A DNA stretch of 64,000 nt, from assembly GCA_965263355.1 (NCBI GenBank), contig CBDHHL010000032.1, positions 1,152,001 to 1,216,000 on the forward strand, written 5' to 3'. The position numbers and the translations under genes were made by a program. This stretch comes from Leptolyngbyaceae cyanobacterium. Its GTDB lineage: Bacteria > Cyanobacteriota > Cyanobacteriia > Phormidesmidales > Phormidesmidaceae. This document shows, one piece after another, positions 28,055 to 38,170 of this stretch. A model generated the notes under the pieces. That model was given only the letters and a program-made list of their open reading frames with translations. It made no database searches and was not told the origin of the DNA. How positions within the stretch are numbered: position 1 is the stretch's first letter; each line of letters starts with the position of its first letter.

Positions 28055-28717
28055 ATGGCAAAGACAGACGAGAATCAGGGGTTACGACGACTACCCCTGA
28101 TTGTAGGCAGTGTGGGTGGTACATTACTGATGCTAAATCGCCTGTTGACCCCCGTGGTGACTGACTCTCAGGCCAGGGCCGATGTGGTCGGCGTCTTTCT
28201 CAGTGCAATTTTGATTTTGACCACGTTGCTATGGCGTCAGATTCAGCCGATACCTCCAGAAGCCGTTATTTTAGACGGGAAAGAAGGCTTTGAGCTGGCG
28301 GATAACTTGTCAGAGGCGCTGGCGACTGAACTGGCTTGGGCATCTCATATGTTGCTAACCAATACGGCAACTCGTTCGTTAGTAGCTTACTACGATGGCC
28401 AGGTGCTTATGCGGCGTGGTGTTTTGGGACCTAATAAAGATATAGCAGTGGGGCCAATTTTAGAGCGGGCCTTGACTCAAAAAAAGCCAGTGTATTTGGT
28501 CAGTCTGAAGCTTTACCCTGGCAAAGTGGAATTTAATTATTTACCTGGAAATATCCAGGGAATTATTTGTCAGCCCATGGGGGATAAGGGGGTGTTAATC
28601 CTGGGGGCAAATGCCCCTCGTAGCTATACTAAGCAGGATGAAATTTGGGTTGAAGGTATTGCGGATAAGCTGGGAGCCAGTTTGGATGCTTTAGCTGCTA
28701 CTGAAGTAACTACTTAG
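28055..28717 (+). CDS. Cofactor assembly of complex C subunit B (CCB2/CCB4 family)
   Basis: LRRLPLIVG, ELAWASHMLLTNT, LYPGKVEFNYLP, PRSYTKQDE. Confidence 0.85.
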   Translation: MAKTDENQGLRRLPLIVGSVGGTLLMLNRLLTPVVTDSQARADVVGVFLSAILILTTLLWRQIQPIPPEAVILDGKEGFELADNLSEALATELAWASHMLLTNTATRSLVAYYDGQVLMRRGVLGPNKDIAVGPILERALTQKKPVYLVSLKLYPGKVEFNYLPGNIQGIICQPMGDKGVLILGANAPRSYTKQDEIWVEGIADKLGASLDALAATEVTT

Positions 28718-28791
28718 GCCAATTTAATTTAAGTCAATGGTCTTGTATTCTGTCTATTGTGCTGATGTTTAGCCGATAGGAGCAAAGCGTA

Positions 28792-29061
28792 ATGGCCAAG
28801 TTTGTTATGTGGGGCAGCTACTGTGAGAACGCATTGGAGAAACGTACTCCCTATCGTGTTGATCATTTAGCTGGTTTACAGGAGCAAAAAGATAATGGAG
28901 TGTTGACTTCACTGGGGCCAACCACTGACAATCGTAAAGTATTTGGCACCTATGAAGCTGAGGATGAGGCAACAGTTCGACAGCTAGTGGAGAATGATCC
29001 CTACTGGGTCAATGGTATTTGGACCGAATATGAGGTTTACGAGTGGAATCAGGTGTTTTAG
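28792..29061 (+). CDS. YciI-family protein
   Basis: KRTPYRVDHLAGL, GPT, DPYWVNGIW. Confidence 0.9.
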   Translation: MAKFVMWGSYCENALEKRTPYRVDHLAGLQEQKDNGVLTSLGPTTDNRKVFGTYEAEDEATVRQLVENDPYWVNGIWTEYEVYEWNQVF

Positions 29062-29215
29062 TTTCCAAAAACTAGCTAAAAGCCTAATTTAATTGTGTTT
29101 AGATGTTTTAAGAAAAGGGAGAACTTCTCTAAGAGAGATTATGACCTAGTGTAGATCTACAGCATATGCCTCAGTGCTACATAACCCAATGTTGTTTGAA
29201 TTGTCTACCAGGATC

Positions 29216-30867
29216 TTATCCTCGAATAACCGTAATTTGTCGTTCATTAACTATTGTAGCGGTTTCTGTTGTAGCCCGTTCAGCAATCGGCGGTAACCCT
29301 TCCCGCTGATCAAAAATAACCAACCAGCCAACGTCTAATCCTAACCCAGCCAGATACTTGTCTAACTGCACCAGACCAATATTCAACGGATCTGAACGTC
29401 CCTGTCACCACACCTTTAGTTCAATACCCAGGGTTACTGCGCCATAACGCAAACATAGCTCTATTCGATCTGTACCAATTGCATATTCTCTCTCCAGTGT
29501 TCCACCACCATTGACCACCCGATGTAAAAAGGCCATCATCACCAAATGGGGTGCAATCTCATGATAAGGCGCACTCTTAAGCAACGGTTGTCCATGCTGT
29601 CGCCAGAATGAGAGAAATGCCTCTAACAACTTGTCCACATCCAATTGACCATCAGGCTGTAGCCAGGTGGGATTAATCTGAGGCAAACTGTCCTGGGGGC
29701 CGCTGGCCAGCATCCGAGGCAAAATTTCTTGATGAATGCGGTTAGCGATCACCACCCCTCCTGCAGACGATCTACGTAGCAGGCCTAAATCTACTAAATA
29801 GTCTCGATCATCCAATGGAATTGGATCCAGCTCTTGCCCTGCCATCAGAGGTTCAATCACCGCTCGAATCCGAGATTCCTCTAATCGATCTGCCAAACTA
29901 TCCAGATGGGTATCCCTTCGCTGAATGAGAATTTCTTTGACTTGATAAATATGGTCAGGGGTAATGGTCGTTTGTTCATCGGGAACAATTTCTTCTACAA
30001 TTTCCTTAGCCATTGCATTTACAAGCCAGGGTTGTCCTTGGGTTAGCTCAAATACTGTCGCCAATGCTTCAGGTGTAAATGGTTGTCCTGTCGCGTCGGT
30101 AAGTACCTATGCAGAATTAGTTACAGAACAGTTTTTGAATAGCTACCTAAAATCAGACCATTCCGTCAAAGTCTTTTGTAAGAAATTTTGCATGCCTACT
30201 TATGTTGTTGATACAGCTGACTCACTTCTGTCTGAGTAAAATTAGACAGCGTTAATGACCGCACCTTAATGTTGAACGGACTAGCGGTTTGCAGACGAGT
30301 ACGTCCTCCCGATGTGACTTTATAATCACGGACGTCTCTCATGCCAATTAGGGCGAGGGAGTGGGGAAAGTGCTCAGGTCGTCGGGGATAGCCATCGCGC
30401 AGCTGTCGCAGCACCGAAATCAGGGCATCATCTGTGAGTGAATCGATTTCGTCAATAAAGACTACCAGCGGGCGAGGGCAGACCCTCGCCCAGACCTGTA
30501 GGGCAGCACCAATGCGGCGTCCATCTTCAGCGTCAGGCCAGGGTGGGGGTTGCAATTCATCCGGTAGGTCAGACTGAGCGGCCCCTCTCCAGGCATCCAA
30601 GATTACCCGTTCGGCTTTGCCGGGATCGTGGCTAAAGGGCTGACCGACTTCAGCAGACACCATAATGGCGCAATAGTCGCCTCCGGCGGTTAGTTGCCGA
30701 GCTAAGGCTAACATGGCAGTGGTTTTGCCGGTTTGGCGGGGTGCATGGATGACAAAATAGCTTTCCTGGGCAATCAGGCGATCTAAGGGGGGAAGTCGCG
30801 GGATTGCCGGTAGCATATAGTGCTTATCCGGACGGCAGGGGCCAGCGGTGTTAAACCATTTGGGCAT
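29216..30867 (-). pseudogene. AAA-type ATPase with C-terminal nuclease-like domain, disrupted by a MITE and a nonsense codon
   Basis: MPKWFNTAGPC, APRQTGKTT, FIDEID; QQH|TDATGQ split by insertion at 30102-30200; LKVW-TGA-QGRSDP continues in frame to VIRG-stop at 29216. Confidence 0.85.
30102..30200. mobile_element. 99-bp MITE with TA target duplication (IS630/Tc1-mariner-type ends)
   Basis: TA at 30100-30101 and 30201-30202; ends AGTACCTATGCAGAATT / AATTTTGCATGCCTACT (13/17 inverted match); removal restores the host reading frame. Confidence 0.85.
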
Positions 30868-31061
30868 GGATGGGACCAGATGAAATTCCCTGAAGTATAG
30901 CAATTGCTAGCATTCTGGCTGAGTCAGCGCCAGCCTAGAACATATGTGCCATTAATTTGTAATGGCGTTCCTACTCTCCGATAAGTGCCCCCTTGCCTCA
31001 ATTAGGTCTAATCAGCTCTACAATAAGGATTCAAGCTAAACAAGACTGAAGCTTATTTGCT

Positions 31062-31478
31062 ATGGCCGCTAAAGATGCCTATCACGATATGGTAAAAGCC
31101 GCTTTGCAAAAGGATGGATGGACTATTACCCATGATCCATTAGTGCTAGAACTATCATCGGGACGGCTTGAAATTGATTTAGGTGCTGAGCAATTGGTTG
31201 CAGCTCAGAAAGAAGATGTTCAAATTGCAGTGGAAATAAAGAGTTTTTTAGCTCCTTCGCTAACATCAGAATTTCACAATGCATTAGGACAGTTTCTCAA
31301 CTATCGAGTAGCCTTAAAAGTAAAAGAGCCTACACGAACTCTTTTTTTGGCAGTGCCAATCAAGGTCTATCGGAACTTTTTCTCTGGGGAATTAGCACAG
31401 CTGAGTGTGGCTGAGTATCATGTCAAGCTTCTCGTTTTTGATCCTGAACAGGAGGAGATTGTAAAATGGAGCAGTTAG
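31062..31478 (+). CDS. xisH: XisH-family protein
   Basis: MAAKDAYH, KDGWTITHDP, IDLGAE, AVEIKSF, ALGQFLNYR. Confidence 0.93.
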   Translation: MAAKDAYHDMVKAALQKDGWTITHDPLVLELSSGRLEIDLGAEQLVAAQKEDVQIAVEIKSFLAPSLTSEFHNALGQFLNYRVALKVKEPTRTLFLAVPIKVYRNFFSGELAQLSVAEYHVKLLVFDPEQEEIVKWSS

Positions 31479-31801
31479 ACCAATATCGTCAGTGGATTCA
31501 ACAAGTGCTGACGACCCATAACAATTCAAAACCGTCCTATGGAAATTTAGAACAGTTTACGGTTTTTGATACTCAGAATGATCATTATCAGTTGACAACT
31601 GTTGGTTGGGATGGTGATCGCCGGGTATTTAGTTGTCTAATCCATATTGACATTAAGAATGAGAAGATTTGGATTCAACATGATGGAACTGAGGTAGGTG
31701 TGGCAAATGAACTGGTTGGGTTAGGGGTACCTAAGCAGTCAATTGTAATGGGTTTTCATGATCCGAATGCGCGTCGGTTGACAGACTTTGCGGTAGGTTA
31801 A
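31466..31801 (+). CDS. xisI: XisI-family protein
   Basis: FDTQNDHYQ, HIDIKNEKIWIQHDGTE, GVPKQSIVMGF; overlaps xisH. Confidence 0.93.
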   Translation: MEQLDQYRQWIQQVLTTHNNSKPSYGNLEQFTVFDTQNDHYQLTTVGWDGDRRVFSCLIHIDIKNEKIWIQHDGTEVGVANELVGLGVPKQSIVMGFHDPNARRLTDFAVG

Positions 31802-32036
31802 ATCTGTTGAACGGTAGAGTTCGCAGATACTTTCCATCAGGTTAGTCAACGTCAGTTCGCAGCATCGGCTGAGACCGGGTGAGTGCTATCGGAGGTAAAG
31901 GGTTGAGCGTTGATGCGATCAATGAAACCCCACCCATAAAATCAAGGGTGTCATCTAGAGGGCATCCACCGTCCACCATGTATAGAATGGACGGTTGGAG
32001 GTTGCGATCGCAAACTGCACTCAGTTGATGTCTTAT

Positions 32037-32327
32037 CTATGGCTTGACGGCCACCCGTTTGGTCAAAATGGCCATGACTTCATTGGGGCGTCCAGTGGAG
32101 ATGGGTTTACTCCAATCGTTAGGCTCAGCGTAGTGTTTTTTGTGCAGGTCTTGGATGGTGAGCCGGACTCCGGTGAGAGTACCAAAGAGTAGATGGCGGA
32201 CAGTTTCGTATTGATGCTCGGGCAGTGGGGCAGTGTCAACCAACAATGTGGACGCAGCTGCGCCCTGGGTCGTATCGAGAAACATAAGCTTTGGTCTCCA
32301 AACAATCGTTTTTAGGGAAGAAACCAA
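32037..32327 (-). CDS. Small conserved cyanobacterial hypothetical protein (start uncertain)
   Basis: VRHLLFG...LHKKHYAEPNDWS...EVMAILTK motif seen in dispersed cyanobacterial small proteins. Confidence 0.6.
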   Translation of the reverse strand: MVSSLKTIVWRPKLMFLDTTQGAAASTLLVDTAPLPEHQYETVRHLLFGTLTGVRLTIQDLHKKHYAEPNDWSKPISTGRPNEVMAILTKRVAVKP

Positions 32328-32620
32328 AGCTCAAACTTAGCTACCCCAAGAATGGATGCAAACCGGGGTAGCAATAGGATAAAGTATCCCAAGCCTCGGA
32401 CTGCCGCAATCAGTCGGGGGTTAGCTGGCGGTTCGGTGTTCTAGCACCTGCCGCCAGTGCTAAATATTGAGCTTTGTAGTGGTGCCCCGCAGGGCGTGAG
32501 AACTAAAGTACCGCTAAGGTATTTCTGACGTCAAGTAACAAATATTGCAGTTGCTTACAACGCGAATGGACTCTTCACTCTACATCTTGGGTTTTATCAT
32601 CCGAGGCAACAAGCTGGCCC

Positions 32621-33778
32621 ATGTTTGATGCTGTTTGTAAATTCCTGGTCGAAACATTCTCAATTGACTTTGCCACCTGGCTGTTAAGTGAGCCTGTTAC
32701 CCTGACTGAACTCAGTCCATCCGAGCTATCCCTGGAACCCATTCGGGCGGATGCGTTGATTTTGTTACAGTCTGAGGAGACAATTCTGCATCTTGAGTTT
32801 CAGTGCAGGCCCGATCCGGATATGGCCTTCCGCATGATCGATTATCGATTGCGTGTGTATCGACGCTTTCCTAAAAAATCGATGCGGCAGGTGGTGATTT
32901 ATTTACAACCCACTCAATCTGAGGCCGTTTATCAAACGACGTTTGAGATTCCTAACACTCGCCATGAGTTTGAGGTGGTTCGGTTATGGGAACAGCCGTC
33001 ATCGATATTTCTGAGTGCGCCAGGGCTATTACCGTTTACGGTTTTGACCGCAACTGAGGATCGTTCAGAATTACTGCGGCAGGTGGCACGTAAAATTGAG
33101 CTATTGCCTGAGCGTCGTATGCAAAGTAATGTGGCAGCCTCGACGGCAATTTTGGCTGGGTTAATATTGGATAAGGCTCTAATTCAGAGGGTTTTGAGGA
33201 AAGAAATGATGCAAGAATCGGTCATATATCAGGAAATCAAAGCCGAAGGCCGTCAAGAAGGATGGCAGGAAGGTCGTCAAGAAGGATGGCAGGAAGGTCG
33301 GCAGGAAGGTCGGCAGGAAGGTCGGCAGGAAGGTCGACAGGAAGGTCGACAGGAAGGTCGGCAGGAAGGTCGGCAGGAAGGTCGGCAGGAAGGTCGGCAG
33401 GAAGGGGAGGTGCTATTGGTACGGCGGCTCTTGATGCGTCGAGTTGGTCCATTGCCCGAGGCGTTAGGTGAGCAGATTAAGGCGCTGTCTTTGGTGCAGT
33501 TAGAGGGGTTGGGTGAGGCGTTATTGGATTTTTCTGAATTAGCTGATTTAGAGAGGTGGTTGGGCGATCTTCAGACTGGGATAGCTGAGGTTTTAGAGGG
33601 GGTACAGGTGCAGCTGGGTGAGTTGTTGCCTGAGATGATGGCTGAGGTGCAGGCGTTATCGTTGCAGCAGATAGTGGGGTTAAAGGCTGAGTTGGGTAAT
33701 TGGTCTACTGTGAATCAGTTGCAGGCTTGGTTAGAGGAGAGAAAGGCTGAGGAAGAGAGTTTTAAGGATGGTTTTTAG
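32621..33778 (+). CDS. Rpn-family (DUF2887/PDDEXK_2) nuclease with DUF4351 C-terminus
   Basis: EPIRADAL, LHLEFQ, FRMIDYRLR, MQESVIYQEI, LEGLGEALLDF. Confidence 0.9.
   Translation: MFDAVCKFLVETFSIDFATWLLSEPVTLTELSPSELSLEPIRADALILLQSEETILHLEFQCRPDPDMAFRMIDYRLRVYRRFPKKSMRQVVIYLQPTQSEAVYQTTFEIPNTRHEFEVVRLWEQPSSIFLSAPGLLPFTVLTATEDRSELLRQVARKIELLPERRMQSNVAASTAILAGLILDKALIQRVLRKEMMQESVIYQEIKAEGRQEGWQEGRQEGWQEGRQEGRQEGRQEGRQEGRQEGRQEGRQEGRQEGRQEGEVLLVRRLLMRRVGPLPEALGEQIKALSLVQLEGLGEALLDFSELADLERWLGDLQTGIAEVLEGVQVQLGELLPEMMAEVQALSLQQIVGLKAELGNWSTVNQLQAWLEERKAEEESFKDGF
33245..33400 (+). repeat. 13 tandem 12-bp units encoding EG(R/W)Q
   Basis: GAAGGTCGGCAG-type repeats read directly from the sequence. 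Confidence 0.9.
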
Positions 33779-34130
33779 GGGGACTGCGATCGCAACCACA
33801 GCAATATCTGAGGTCGGTTTGGAGCTATTAAAAGAAGTCACCGTGACCAGTGCGACTGGACTAAGCTCAGCTCGCATTTTTCAAGATGCCAAAATTTCAT
33901 TGTGTGGGCGGCAAGGAACCTTCGAATGTTTGGAATTACCGGGCGGGCGGGAGCCATTGATTGGCGCTATTCCTCTAGAAGCCCTGGGCCTTGAGTTAGA
34001 TTTACAAAAACAAACGCTAAAGGCATTACCATCGGAATCCTGGGATACGTATTTGACAATTACGATTCAATCTCCTACATTTCCAGAACTGAACCAAACG
34101 GTTGAAAAAATCCTAAATGGCTATATCTGA
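33768..34130 (+). pseudogene. Chimeric remnant: clan AA aspartyl-protease C-half joined to Uma2 C-terminal fragments
   Basis: GREPLIGAIPLEALGLELDL (protease, lacks DTG) followed by IQSPTFPELNQTVEKIL (Uma2-like end); HIP1 at 33786-33793 near the left junction. Confidence 0.55.
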
Positions 34131-34246
34131 AGCGTTCCATTCTTGATAGAGAATTTGCTAAAAACCTAAAGCTGACTTTAAGCAGACCCCAACTTAGCTA
34201 GGATCTTCAGTACCCTTGGGACCATACTAAAAATAGGGAATAGCGT

Positions 34247-35200
34247 ATGAAATGGCGTCAGACGATGAAAGGGATTATTTTAGCCAGTTTAGGCGCTTTT
34301 GCCATAGGCACTGTCCCCTCTGCCATTGCCCAGACAGATGAGCAGCCACCAACGGCCCGTTATGCCGCTGGCGACGATGTGGATTTGGCCCTTATCATTA
34401 CCGAATGGAAAGGGCTTATGCCGAATATTCCGGTATTTTCTTGTATTTGTCAGGCTGATAGTTGCGACCATAGTGAACGTTGGCCGTTTCGCAATTATGA
34501 CCGGTATCAACAGACCGTCTCTTTGGGAGACTTTAATCGGGATTACACAGAGAGTTTAGGCTTTAATTGCTTTAATATCGAGACAGAGAAAAGGGACAAT
34601 CAGGCACCGGAGATGCCAACAGAGATAACTGAATCAGAACTGCCCAAGGACGATAACACCCTTGACTCACTCACAGCCTCTGTCTCAGACGACAACACAG
34701 GCTTGATTTTAACCTGGCCAGATGCTCAAACCAACACTATCGATGTCAGAAGCTGGAAGGTCACCCTGTTGGATGCGCTGGATTGTGAAACGGCGACCCT
34801 AGTACCTGAAAAGATAGTGAATGCTCGCCGTATTGTGGGTACTCCTATGGTGGATCCATTGACTGATAATGTTGCAGTTCCTGTACTGCTAGAAGATTGT
34901 TTTGACAGCCAACAAACCGCTGTGTTTGTTGTTAACTCTGAGGGTGCAGAGACCTATGCCCTATATCGAGTTCAGGTACCGGGCGAACGGGAATTTCCCA
35001 ATGAATTTTCTAGCTATGGATTAAATGAGATTGGCGGGTTACGATACTGGAATTCTACTCTGATAGTGCGTCATGGTTCTGCCTCGGGAGCAGAGGCGTT
35101 ATTGGTGTTTCGACCGGATATTACCCCGGCGGGTAGGTTTGTTAGCTGTGGGCTTTTGAATATCCGAGAAGGGGCCGATCGACTGTGTCCATCAGACTAG
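34247..35200 (+). CDS. Secreted Cys-containing hypothetical protein
   Basis: Signal peptide ending AIA; paired cysteines; long ORF with RBS. Confidence 0.7.
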   Translation: MKWRQTMKGIILASLGAFAIGTVPSAIAQTDEQPPTARYAAGDDVDLALIITEWKGLMPNIPVFSCICQADSCDHSERWPFRNYDRYQQTVSLGDFNRDYTESLGFNCFNIETEKRDNQAPEMPTEITESELPKDDNTLDSLTASVSDDNTGLILTWPDAQTNTIDVRSWKVTLLDALDCETATLVPEKIVNARRIVGTPMVDPLTDNVAVPVLLEDCFDSQQTAVFVVNSEGAETYALYRVQVPGEREFPNEFSSYGLNEIGGLRYWNSTLIVRHGSASGAEALLVFRPDITPAGRFVSCGLLNIREGADRLCPSD

Positions 35201-35817
35201 TAGGTATCACTATCCCGCTGTCGCAGATAGTTTAAGACAGTTTCGCGAGACGCTAAATCTCCTTTTTTTCCGTACTTATCAATCCGCTCTTGTTCTCCAT
35301 AGATTAGCTCGTAGCATTTGCCTTGTAGCGTTCCTTGGGAATGCATCACCGTCGCTTGCCAATCGACCGCCATGCCGGGGGCACTGTAAATTCTCAAGGT
35401 TGGATAGTCTACTAAGGCAACGGTAATTAACGTCATCATCGCGCGCTGCTGATGGAATGGCACACTGACGACGAGTAAAGATGTCACCCCTTGGGTCTTG
35501 GCATGTCGCACTGTGGCACGGGCTTCAATCAGGGTATTTAAGTTTTCTGTGGATTCTGGTGGGACTGATGTTAAGAGGGTTGGTGAAAGATAGGTGGCTA
35601 TGCGATCGCACCACGCCGTTTTCCCCGGATAGCCACACAGTGCCTCTGTGCCTGGGAGCCAAATTGCAGAGGTTTGCCCCTGATCCACCAGCAGTTTAGC
35701 CCGTTGAAATACCGCCCCCTCGTTATCTGACGTTTGACCAAAAATATAGGCAGCTTCACAAGACGCAGGCAATGGATCACAAAAAATACGATGGAGCAAT
35801 TCTTCTGATTCAAACAT
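35197..35817 (-). CDS. YdcF/DUF218-like protein
   Basis: NTLIEA, LLVVSVPFHQQRA motif. Confidence 0.7.
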   Translation of the reverse strand: MFESEELLHRIFCDPLPASCEAAYIFGQTSDNEGAVFQRAKLLVDQGQTSAIWLPGTEALCGYPGKTAWCDRIATYLSPTLLTSVPPESTENLNTLIEARATVRHAKTQGVTSLLVVSVPFHQQRAMMTLITVALVDYPTLRIYSAPGMAVDWQATVMHSQGTLQGKCYELIYGEQERIDKYGKKGDLASRETVLNYLRQRDSDTY

Positions 35818-35936
35818 AGTTAGGCTGGTTCAAGGATCTGGACAGAAACAAAGCCCCAGGTGATAAGGGGCAATGGGCAGTGGGCCGTAGACAATTGCCC
35901 CGTAAAATTGATGGACATGCCCAATGGGTACCACTG

Positions 35937-36374
35937 GTACAGATTATGGGGGGACTCTGGTTTATTTGCGCCAATAAAGTAGGTCCTGGACATATTCACC
36001 ATTTGGACTATGACAAAATTCAGCTGGGTGCCTATAGCGCGATCAACCGACAGCGGGAGCTAATAACAGCCATGCAAGCGATTGCCGATGACTTTCAAAG
36101 GGCAAACATTCCTATTAATGGTACCAACGATCTATCTATGGCTCGCTGGCGCAAACTAGTGTGGAATGTGCCCTACAACGGTCTATCGGTGGTCCTAGAT
36201 GCCACCACAAAAATGAAGCCATATCGGACCAGTATGAAAATTGATTTTGATCAGGGACGACCGTTGGAAGTAGACGCTATTTTGGCCAACCCGATCAGGG
36301 CAGCCGCTGAGCTAGGTGTCGCAGTGCCGACCATGGAAAAGCTATATGGACAGTTAAAAGCACTGTCAACTTAA
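35937..36374 (+). pseudogene. 2-dehydropantoate 2-reductase (PanE-like) remnant, 5'-truncated with internal deletion
   Basis: GGLWFIC, RWRKLVWNVPYNGL, TSMKIDF...LEVDAI; N-terminal Rossmann motif and the helix between DATT and KMKPY are missing. Confidence 0.75.
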
Positions 36375-36575
36375 TCTGCCCTTTACAGGGGTTTACACGA
36401 GCAAATAAGCTGCTAACTGTGGATCAATCACCCTGTCCAGGGGGTGATCGCAGCAGCTACGGCCATCGGTTGAGCTGATTTGCAGAGAACTCCTGATGCA
36501 TTGATACCCTGCTTGGTAGGCTGTGCCCCCTGCCGACCGATTATCCAGAAGACGATCCTCTCTTTGCGAACAGCA

Positions 36576-36644
36576 TAAACCCTTTTATAAAGGGCGCTTA
36601 AACCCTTTTATAAAGGGCGCTTAAACCCTTTAGAAAAGGGCGTT
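36576..36644. repeat. Three tandem 23-bp palindromic repeats
   Basis: TAAACCCTTTTATAAAGGGCGCT x2 plus TAAACCCTTTAGAAAAGGGCGTT. Confidence 0.9.
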
Positions 36645-36666
36645 TACTTTATCTGAAGTTACAATT

Positions 36667-38097
36667 TTGAATCAATTTTTGACCAGTATTGACTACGTTT
36701 TTGACCTTTGGGTAACCCTGCTCGAGCACACCTTATTTTTTAAGCTGTGGAATATGCCACTGATTGTGTTGTGGTTGATAGGAGGCTCAGTCTATCTCAC
36801 ATTACGGATGGGGTTTATTAATGTGTGGGGATTGGGCCATAGCCTGGCAATACTGCGAGGTGACTATGATGACCCAGAGGAAGTGGGTGAGGTGAGTCAC
36901 TTTCAGGCATTAGCAACGGCGATGTCAGCAACGGTGGGTTTGGGGAATATTGCCGGGGTTGCGATCGCAATCCAAATCGGTGGCCCCGGTGCAGTCCTCT
37001 GGATAAGTCTATCCGGGCTACTGGGTATGACCACAAAATTTACCGAATGTACCCTGGCCCAGCAATATCGCCTGGTTAAGGATGACGGTCAAGTCCTGGG
37101 TGGCCCCATGTATTACATCAGTCTGGGGTTGGCCGAACGTGGACTTAAGCCCATCGGTCAACTACTCGCAGGCACTTTCGCCGTCCTCTGTATGATGAGT
37201 GCCGTGGGGGGTGGCAACATGTTCCAAGCCAATCAATCCAGCATGGCGTTTGCCCTATTGGGAGAGCATTTGCATTGGCAATGGCTCAGTCATCCCCAAA
37301 CCTATGGTCTGATCCTGGCCCTGGCCGTCGCTGCTGTGATCATTGGTGGCCTGCAGCGCATCGCTCAAGTCGCCTCAGCCATTGTCCCAACAATGGTGGG
37401 CCTATATCTTATCGCCGCGCTCTGGATTGTGTGCCATCACCTGAGCGAAGTGCCCTTTGCAATTGGGCAAATCTGGCATTCGGCCTGGCATCCAGATGCT
37501 ATAGAAGGTGGCATTATTGGTGTTATGGCCCAGGGACTGCAGCGCGGCGTCTTTTCCAATGGGGCAGGCACTGGCGCAGCTTCCATTGCCCATGCCACCA
37601 CCAAAAATCCTGAACCTATTCGCGAAGGTATTGTCGCCCTACTAGAACCGCTGATTGACACTGTCGTCATCTGTAACTTAACAGCGCTGGTTTGCCTACT
37701 GACAGGTGTGTACCAGCCCGGTAATGTGTTCAATGGCATTGAACTCACGACCACCGCCTTTGCGACCGAAATACCAATAATGACCTGGGGTTTGGCCATT
37801 ATTGTTTGTCTATTTAGTTTTTCGACGATTATTGCCTGTTTTTACTATGGTGAAGCCTGCTGGCGATATCTTTTCGACGAACGTGGGCTGTTAGCGTACA
37901 AACTTATTTTCATCCTGGGTAGTTTTGTCGGCACTGTGATTAGCTTGGATGCTGTCGTGCGCTTTAGTGACACCATGGTCTTTGCCATGGGGATTCCCAA
38001 TATGCTAGGGCTACTTTTGCTATCAAACCAGGTCGCTTTTAGCTTAAATACCTACTGGCGGCAAACATTTACAAACAAAATTCTGACCCAGGAGTAA
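36667..38097 (+). CDS. Alanine/glycine:cation symporter (AGCS family)
   Basis: SHFQAL, ATVGLGNIAGVA, GGPGA, GGPMYYI, GGGNMFQAN, IDTVVIC. Confidence 0.93.
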   Translation: MNQFLTSIDYVFDLWVTLLEHTLFFKLWNMPLIVLWLIGGSVYLTLRMGFINVWGLGHSLAILRGDYDDPEEVGEVSHFQALATAMSATVGLGNIAGVAIAIQIGGPGAVLWISLSGLLGMTTKFTECTLAQQYRLVKDDGQVLGGPMYYISLGLAERGLKPIGQLLAGTFAVLCMMSAVGGGNMFQANQSSMAFALLGEHLHWQWLSHPQTYGLILALAVAAVIIGGLQRIAQVASAIVPTMVGLYLIAALWIVCHHLSEVPFAIGQIWHSAWHPDAIEGGIIGVMAQGLQRGVFSNGAGTGAASIAHATTKNPEPIREGIVALLEPLIDTVVICNLTALVCLLTGVYQPGNVFNGIELTTTAFATEIPIMTWGLAIIVCLFSFSTIIACFYYGEACWRYLFDERGLLAYKLIFILGSFVGTVISLDAVVRFSDTMVFAMGIPNMLGLLLLSNQVAFSLNTYWRQTFTNKILTQE

Positions 38098-38170
38098 CAC
38101 TTTTTGCAAATCAGTGTAATCTATAGGCAACTTTTGGCCGGTAGTCCCCCTACGAGTTTTTGAACAATCC

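Noticed and set aside
31062..31801. xisH/xisI as evidence of an fdxN-type excision element
   Set aside because: No xisF recombinase or interrupted nif/fdxN gene nearby; XisH/XisI pairs are commonly dispersed in cyanobacteria
33237..33471. ORFs encoding PADL and AGRS repeats
   Set aside because: Alternative-frame shadows of the 12-bp EGRQ repeat in the Rpn gene
36576..36644. Possible mini CRISPR array
   Set aside because: Repeats are directly adjacent with no spacers, and no cas genes are in the window
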